NCBI GenBank assembly: GCA_012295275.1
Contig: CM022676.1
Location: 2,604,001 to 2,668,000 of the forward strand
Reading direction: 5' to 3'
Source: Chrysomallon squamiferum
Lineage: Eukaryota > Animalia > Mollusca
Length of the DNA: 64,000 nucleotides
Shown: positions 56,645 through 64,000 of the stretch, in pieces
How the letters are laid out: each line of letters starts with the position of its first letter
How positions within the stretch are numbered: the first letter of the stretch is position 1
Notes under the pieces: generated by a model
What the model saw: the letters and a program-made list of their open reading frames with translations, nothing else
What the model was told of the DNA's origin: nothing
The model's database searches: none
Made by a program: the position numbers and the translations under genes

Positions 56645-58330
56645 GTTAGTTGTTCTGTGACTGTCATTGTTGTCGTAGTGATGCTGATTGTGTTACTTAG
56701 AAGAGGAATATTACCTGGATTGTCCACTAAAACAAGTTACTTTACAGCTTGTAAGAAATGTATTTATTGAAAACAGGAAAATTTAAAAAAATATTAATTA
56801 TATTTGTTGTCATAGAACTTCACTAATCAAGGAAGCAAGCAAATCAAATAAACAAAGGATCACTTTAAAGTTTATTGTGAATTTCTTTTATTAATTTGAC
56901 ATCACTGATGTCCCTTTGTTATTATGTGGTTACAGGGAGGCATCATATTAACATAACTTATGTAGTTTTATATTTAATTCATTCAAATATTAATGTCATT
57001 CAAATTTAACAAATAATAATAATGAATAATAATGTATTAGAATACTTCATTCATACTAGAGTCCTGCAATCAATGGTGTTTGTATCTGAGCATGTTTTTA
57101 TTTTTCAAATTGTACATATTTGTTTTTTTTTTTTACTTTAGTAAGCTATTTTCTGCTATAAAAAAAAATTTGTTGCAATTATTTTAGATAATTTTACAAA
57201 ATAGAATTAATCTGTTATGGTACTCGTTCTCACCTCTAGATGGTTTAGAACACTATGACAAAGACTGGTAAATTTTGAACTGTCACAGTAAAATGTTCAC
57301 TAGATAAATACAACATCAACAACAATACAGTCTGAGTTATTTATTTATATATAGTGTATATCTTGTAGTAATATAAAAACAAAATAAACACAACTAAATT
57401 ATTTATGGTTTATGTGAATAAAAATATGGAATCAGCTGAACCTTAATTAAAGTTGGAATAGGTCACAGGAGAATCAAGTAATTATATTAATGTAATTACA
57501 AGTCTTATATTTATATGTATTAACCATATACACCGTTAATGACTGCTGCATAATGACAGTATAAAAAACAAAAAAAGGAGAAAAGTATCTTACTGCACCC
57601 TGCTGCCACTTGCTAACCAAAGCAAGCCCAAAGTTTCAAATTCTTGAACCCAGAGGCTGATATGTATTAGATTCCTGTGGATGTTGGTGAAACCATGGAA
57701 CCAAAGAAAAAATGAAGCTAGCTGGGTGGACAGATTTCTAAGTTATTAGTTTGTCACACAAAACTTGCTGTATCTTGACTGCTAATTAATGTAATTCTAA
57801 AATTTAAAACAGCCTTCAAAATTAGTTATACCGTATTTTCCTCTAAAATGGTATTACAGACAATCAAACAGAACTTTAATTATAACCATAAATCAGAAGT
57901 TAAATGCAGTTTACTTAGTGATTATAATTATTAAAATATATTTAACACTTGTTATTTTATCTTTTCTTTATCATATAGAGAAACTAGATATTCTCAACAT
58001 TACATATATGCATAAAAATTAGTACTTTAATAAAATAGTTAAATCTACACATAAATGTATCTAATGAAATAGATAACCAAGTTTTACATTAAACAGACAA
58101 GATTATCTATGTTTGGCAAGTTTATTTGATGTAGAATCAAGAAGAATAATTATGAAATAAAATATTATATAATTTTGTATAATTATTATTTGTTTGAATA
58201 TTAAAAGAGAAATTTCAGTAGAAATTTGTTACTTAATTAATCTTAAACCACTGGATAGAGAAATTCATATGTTTTTGTTTTTTTTCTGTTATTGTTGGAA
58301 TGTTTATTTCTGTTAATTTTTATATTTCAG

Positions 58331-58352
58331 AAAAGGATACTGAAAATGCTTT
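58331..58352 (+). CDS. Gene E cytoplasmic micro-exon (KDTENA)
   Basis: ttcag| and |GTGAGT, phase 1-2, matches the next exon's phase. Confidence 0.55.
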
Positions 58353-58374
58353 GTGAGTATATATTTCTTTATTA

Positions 58375-58420
<46 letters not shown>

Positions 58421-58525
58421 AAGAAAATCAATAAAGAAAATCATCCTAATTTGTTGTTAATTTCCTTGTTACTTTGTTTTGTTGCACTCTGTAGCTGACT
58501 ACAACAGACAATATTAATGTTTGTA

Positions 58526-59195
58526 CAGTGGAACCCTGACTTACGACTGCCCCATATTATGAGTTTTCTGAGTTTTAAGCAGTCACTTGGTTTGATTTGC
58601 AAAATCCAAGTTGCAAGCAAGCTTCAGATATGCTGCCACTAGATGGCGCAACAAACAACACAGTATCCGGCCAGCATATTGCGTCTCACTCATTTATTTC
58701 ACATGGTTACCTCACCATGGAAGCATCTTGGTTGTGTTGTGCCCAATCTTTTTTTTCTGACCATGAATCTAAGAACTTGACTGCAAAGGACAGTGCTGAG
58801 AAGAAGCAGATGGTGTGCATTGAAATAAAGCATGAAATAATAGAAAAATATGAATTAACTTGGCTAGAGAGTACAAGTGTAGTACCATACAGAAGCAGAG
58901 GGAGTTGATAAAGCATGTAACTCCAGCCAAAGGCATTAAAATAATTTGTCTGATCTCCTAGATAAATACCCTTTTCAAAACCAATTTATTTCTTTACCTT
59001 CTCTTTTATAAATACATTTATAAATACATTTTTCTTATTTAAAAACATGTTACAAAAAAAATGGGTTTGGGGGGCTGGAACGGATTAGTGGTATTTCAGT
59101 TAATTTCAGCTGGGAAAATTGATTTGATATATAAGCAAATTGAGTTATGAGCTTGGTCACGGGACGAATTAAACTCATAAGTCAAGGTACCACTG
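58526..59195 (+). mobile_element. Internally deleted Tigger/pogo-like DNA transposon (670 bp)
   Basis: TIRs CAGTGGAACCCTGACTTACGA / TCATAAGTCAAGGTACCACTG, TA target-site duplications, N-terminal transposase HTH remnant KDSAEKKQMVCIEIKHEIIEKYE. Confidence 0.88.
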
Positions 59196-60353
59196 TATGT
59201 GAATAGTCATTATTTCTTTTCGTGTGAGAAACATAGTTAAATTTTGTTGTTTATTGATGCAGCTCACTTTGGAACAGTCTTCATTCAGGTATACCAGATA
59301 TGCTTAATAATTTTGATTACCTTATTAATTAAATATGCTTGGGTCACCTACTAGGTATAATTTACATGAAGATTATGTTATTATTTTTTTTTAAATTTAA
59401 AATTTTAATTTTTAGATCTCAACCAAAATTTAGAATTTATAATGTGAAAATTAAACTTGAGAAATGCATATCGGTCAGACCTCAGTACATATGGGACATT
59501 AATGTCATAATAATTTAAAATGAACTCCTATGTGCTATACAGAATGTATAGTTACTTCAACAACCATACTGAAAAAAAATTTAGTCAAACTTTAAAATAT
59601 TTTCAGATTCACATATAACAAATAAGATGTAATAAAAATGTCACAAACATTCTATTAATTTTCCAGTGCATTTCCAACCTTTTGAAGTTAGTGTAAAGAA
59701 ATCATCAAGTCTGCTTTTGTGCCCACCTTTTTAAGAGAATAAGCAGATTTTTTTTTTATCATAATACATTTTATTATGTTTTAACTATATGAGCAATAAA
59801 CACATTTGTCTTGCTTTTTTATTTAGAATTTATATTTAAATATGATATTTTCTTAGTTTTTATTGAAAGGCATGGTTTTCAAATTTTCTGTTTTTGTATG
59901 TTTGTGGATTATTAATGGTAATTACATACTGTTTTTTAAGTTTATTTTTTGTTTGTTTGTTTTGTGGACATCTGGAGACTAATCCTGTTCAAGACACTCT
60001 TATTATGTTATGTGTTAGGTAAGCCAGATTGTGAAAAAAGAATATATGCATGCATATATGTATTTATGCATGTAAGAATGTACACTGGTCAGAAGTATTA
60101 GACATATACTGGTACTACATACATAATTATTGTTAAAGTGATCCAGGAGTATTTTCTAATGGATTTCACAAAATTAGAATAAGTACAGTGAAAGAAGTGT
60201 GAGGTCTGTATAAATGAATAATGGAAATGGAATTTAAGTAAATACATTTATATGCAGCCATGTGTTTTATTTCCTCTGATACAGCATATGCATGATTCCT
60301 ATTGAATGGTTTTATATTTGAATGATATACATTTTTTATGATTCTAAATTCAC

Positions 60354-60354
60354 G

Positions 60355-60405
<51 letters not shown>
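60354..60405. repeat. (CA)n(TA)n microsatellite
   Basis: Directly visible. Confidence 0.95.
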
Positions 60406-60406
<1 letters not shown>

Positions 60407-61773
60407 AATAAAGTTTAAATTAATAAAATTATAGAAATTTTAAAAAGCTAGCGTGTGTATGTGAAAAATACACTCTTTAAGTCATATTATTTTCATACAT
60501 TTATTCAAATATATTTGTTTAGAATATATTGCAAGATATATAATGTCAATAAAAACAATAAAAATGTACAAAACTTAGATGGGTTTATAAATGTATAGAC
60601 AATTAATTTGAATGTATTGTATAATTATTTTTTAAATTTTGTCTTTCTTTATTTATATTTTATTGTCATGTTTTGTGTAATTTATATCTGATGGAATAAA
60701 CTAAAAAAGTTCAGTATAAACAATATAACTTTATTTCAGTGAAAATGTGTTCTATGTGTTTATGTTAAATATTGTACATGCTTTATTTTTAACTTTATAT
60801 TTTGCCATTTCAATTAATATAAATGATCTTTTTAGTAAATTTAAAAAAAAAAATAATTCTGTTTTGCTCAAGTAAGTATTCATCAATATAAAATTCAGTA
60901 AATATTATTGTAAAATAACCTAATTTGCAAAATATCTCATTTGTGCAAATTATTAGGAATCTTTAATGAAAATAAATTCCAATCATGGATTTAATGTTTA
61001 CTGTGAACAAATTTTGTCTTTGGAATATTGGGTCTCCATCAAAAGTCGCAAGTAGAATAATATTAAAACAGGAGCATCCAACAGTAAATCAAGATGAAAA
61101 AAAAACAACAAAAAATACCCCAAACTTATAATGAAAATTAGAGACTGTGTAAAGTCAGCATTTTTTCTTTCATAATGCTTTTTATGTGTTAGCAACTTAT
61201 GATATAACAGGGTCTTCATGCACTTGATCTAATTTCAGACCTAAATCTAAAGGAGAGGATTGGGGTTTTGCTCACTTGATCTAATTTTTAAGACTTTTTA
61301 ACTACCCATGGAGAGAGAGAGACAAACTTATGTTTGCTATTTTTGGCATTTGTTTTGACAAAAATCTAACTTATATGTGTAATATTTCCTAAAATATTAA
61401 TTTGATGCAAGAAATACTTGGTCAGTTAGACATTTTTTGTTTGTTTCTTTGAACAAATTATTATATAGAGTTTTTCATTTTAACGTGATGAACCTAAAAG
61501 TGTATATTGTTTGTGATAATTGTAAAAGTATCCTGAATAAGATTTCATTGAAGTCTGTTTTATTTATTTAATTTACATACGTTTTTACATACATACATAT
61601 TATTTTTTGATGATCGCGACACTGACAAAACAAAACAAAACAATAATAACATTTTGAAATTAAAAGAGGAAACAACAATATTTGAAGTTTAAACTAATAA
61701 AATTAACCATAAAACATTAAGTTATTCTATCTGTACTGTACTAATGTGCATATTATTTATATTTGTTTTGTAG

Positions 61774-61808
61774 GCAGACAAATAGTAATGCAGAATGTGT
61801 ATTGCCAG
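61774..61808 (+). CDS. Gene E cytoplasmic mini-exon (QTNSNAECVLP)
   Basis: tgtag| and |GTAATC, 35 nt, phase 2-1. Confidence 0.6.
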
Positions 61809-62045
61809 GTAATCCCACAGTTCAATTTTGTTTAAACTGACATTGGCAAAATATATGTAGAATTAATTACCCATGAAAAAATATAATTATTAAAATATTA
61901 AGTAGTTGTGAAGTCATCATCTGAAGATTAAACTGACGTCATCTAAAAAAGAAAAACAATCTTTTTAACTGAATTGGATTTATGATAAACTTGTGAAATG
62001 AAAATGGAACATATTTATTGCTTAAATAACTGATTCATCTTTTAG

Positions 62046-62105
62046 TTCTAGAAGAGTTGTACTACATGAATCGTGATGACAGATTACAGAATCAAGTATT
62101 GCCAG
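62046..62105 (+). CDS. Gene E cytoplasmic mini-exon (LEELYYMNRDDRLQNQVLP), GC donor
   Basis: tttag| and CAG|GCGAGT, 60 nt, phase 1-1. Confidence 0.6.
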
Positions 62106-62427
62106 GCGAGTACCATAAAATCATATGAAATTAGACTGAAATAACCAACTTGCACATGATACAGAGTTTATTCCAACAGAAATAAACATTTGTCTTAAAA
62201 TCTGTGCTTATTATTAATAACATAAATTTATTTGAAGAAGAAAGGAAATAAGATAAAACCGTTTCTTCAACAGCTGAACAATACTGGAAATTTTCACATT
62301 GCAATAGCTATTATTCTTTCTATTGCAGAAATAATATTTTATAAACTGTTAAATTTAATAGATATTTGTGGTAAAAAATTAAAACAAATAATTATTTAAT
62401 TAAATTATTTTCTTGTTTTTGTTTCAG

Positions 62428-62487
62428 TGTTGGAGGATAATGATTTGTATTTCAAATCTGATGACAAAAAGAAACTCAGATTGCCAG
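62428..62487 (+). CDS. Gene E cytoplasmic mini-exon (LEDNDLYFKSDDKKKLRLP)
   Basis: Long pyrimidine tract + cag|, |GTTTGT, 60 nt, phase 1-1. Confidence 0.7.
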
Positions 62488-63139
62488 GTTTGTATTACAT
62501 CATGTTTAAAAAGAGACAAAGAGGGAAAAAAAGTAATAATATTAATAATAAAATAATTTACAGATAACTGATCTCTTCAGAATATAAGTTTCAGTAATAT
62601 GTTGCTGTTTTTTGTTGTTGTTTTTTGATGTTTTTTTAGTTTAAAAAAATTAAAGACAGATTTATTCTGGCAGCATTTAATAATATGGAAATGAAAATTA
62701 TTTTCTTATTCTGTATACAATTTTTCAATCATTACAATTAATAGTTCATTACTTAATTAATTTACTTTTAACCACATTCATATTAAAACTGTGTTGTACC
62801 AATTTTTCATTACATACAACTGCTGATAATGAACATGATACGTGTTCTTTTCATTGCTAAAAAAGAGTAAATTATAATATCTTTACCCATCCATTTATCC
62901 ATCATCTGTGAATTCTGTCTGTTATCTTTTTGAGTCTAATTTTGCCATAGTCTATGTATTATTTTTGCGAAATGTTAATAATAATAATAATAAAGAATTG
63001 GCTTGTAAGAATTCTTAGTTTTTAGAAATGATAAATTCATAATACATTTACACAAACATACCAGTGTCTGGTGTTGCTAACATTTTCATATTTATTAAAA
63101 TGATATCTACTGTAATTTAATATGCTGTCATTGTTATAG

Positions 63140-63274
63140 CAGGAAATGATTCCAGACAAGTTGATCCTAAACCAAGCACAAGTTCTGGAGTGACAGCTGA
63201 GAATACTGAAAGTCAATATTCTGTTGTAAAGACAACAAAGACTGGTCAGTCTACAAGTAATCAGAGTAAAGAAG
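63140..63274 (+). CDS. Gene E cytoplasmic exon with ITIM-consensus SQYSVV
   Basis: tatag| and |GTAAAA, 135 nt, phase 1-1, open. Confidence 0.72.
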
Positions 63275-64000
63275 GTAAAAAAACATTAAAAACAAATAAT
63301 AGTAAAAAAACATGAAAGGCTGACTGGGACTTGGAGCATATCTTTAATGTTGAACTCTACACCTTTTCAAATGTACTTTATATAATAGTATCCAATGACA
63401 ATCTTATTGATGTAGCTCAATGCTATCATTTCAACAGATTTTAGTCATTGTTTAATAAACCTTGAAATTATATATGGATCCAAATTATTTAAAATTTGTA
63501 TCACATTTTTTATAAAAGCTCCACACAATTTACTATTAAATATTTATTAGGTCATAACAGAAATAATACTTGTCAAAAATTAAATTGTTTCTTGCTGATG
63601 TGCTGCTTATAATACAGTATTCACAGTCATCAAAAGTCATTTATAAGTGCAACTATTATGTGGCTTTGGTGAACATATTGTTGAAATGGTGGCTGGAAAA
63701 AAGTCACAAAATGTATGGGTTTGTATTGAATGTGGCATTATAGTATGCATGGGCTAATTGTTAAACTTATTGATTAAGCTAGATTAAAGAAAGTGGCTTC
63801 ATACTGGGTCTAGCTTGGGTTTAGCTTGCTGATTAGGATATATTTAAACTAAGGGCTTCCTATTGTAAATGATTTATAAAATATCCCAGGTTAAAATTAT
63901 TTCACTATATATTCTACAGCTTGCTCTAGTATCAGAAGTATGTTTAATATTGAAGTTACTCATAGCAATAAGAGTGGTAACAAAATCTGTTATGAGGGTT

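Noticed and set aside
63920-63976. Possible further gene E exon (CSSIRSMFNIEVTHSNKS)
   Set aside because: Phase fits but the donor is weak and there is no motif support.

Overview
AT-rich, intron-rich animal genomic DNA. It is probably molluscan/gastropod, inferred only from the style of the Ig domains. The ORF track is mostly microsatellite noise; the real genes are small GT-AG exons that I assembled by hand from splice sites and phases. The window is a cluster of Ig-superfamily surface-protein genes. (A) Minus-strand leader + atypical Ig gene running off the left edge, with a decayed LINE in its intron. (B) Minus-strand Ig-Ig-FN3-TM receptor with an intact ITAM (YECL-x7-YEKL) but damaged Ig exons. 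(C) Minus-strand leader + single V-like Ig exon followed by up to five hydrophobic exons and a Lys-rich tail, i.e. a CD47-like topology. (E) Plus-strand Ig-FN3 receptor remnant with Tyr/ITIM-bearing cytoplasmic mini-exons and an intronic Tigger-like element. B and C lie in a ~20.5 kb block present twice (5698-26218 and 32532-52981), separated by a ~6.3 kb TTAC-derived higher-order satellite. The copies are ~99% identical in the introns flanking the gene C V exon, but that exon differs at ~16/134 residues, clustered in CDR-like positions. All exon joins are inferred and need RNA data. The duplication could be a haplotype assembly artefact.
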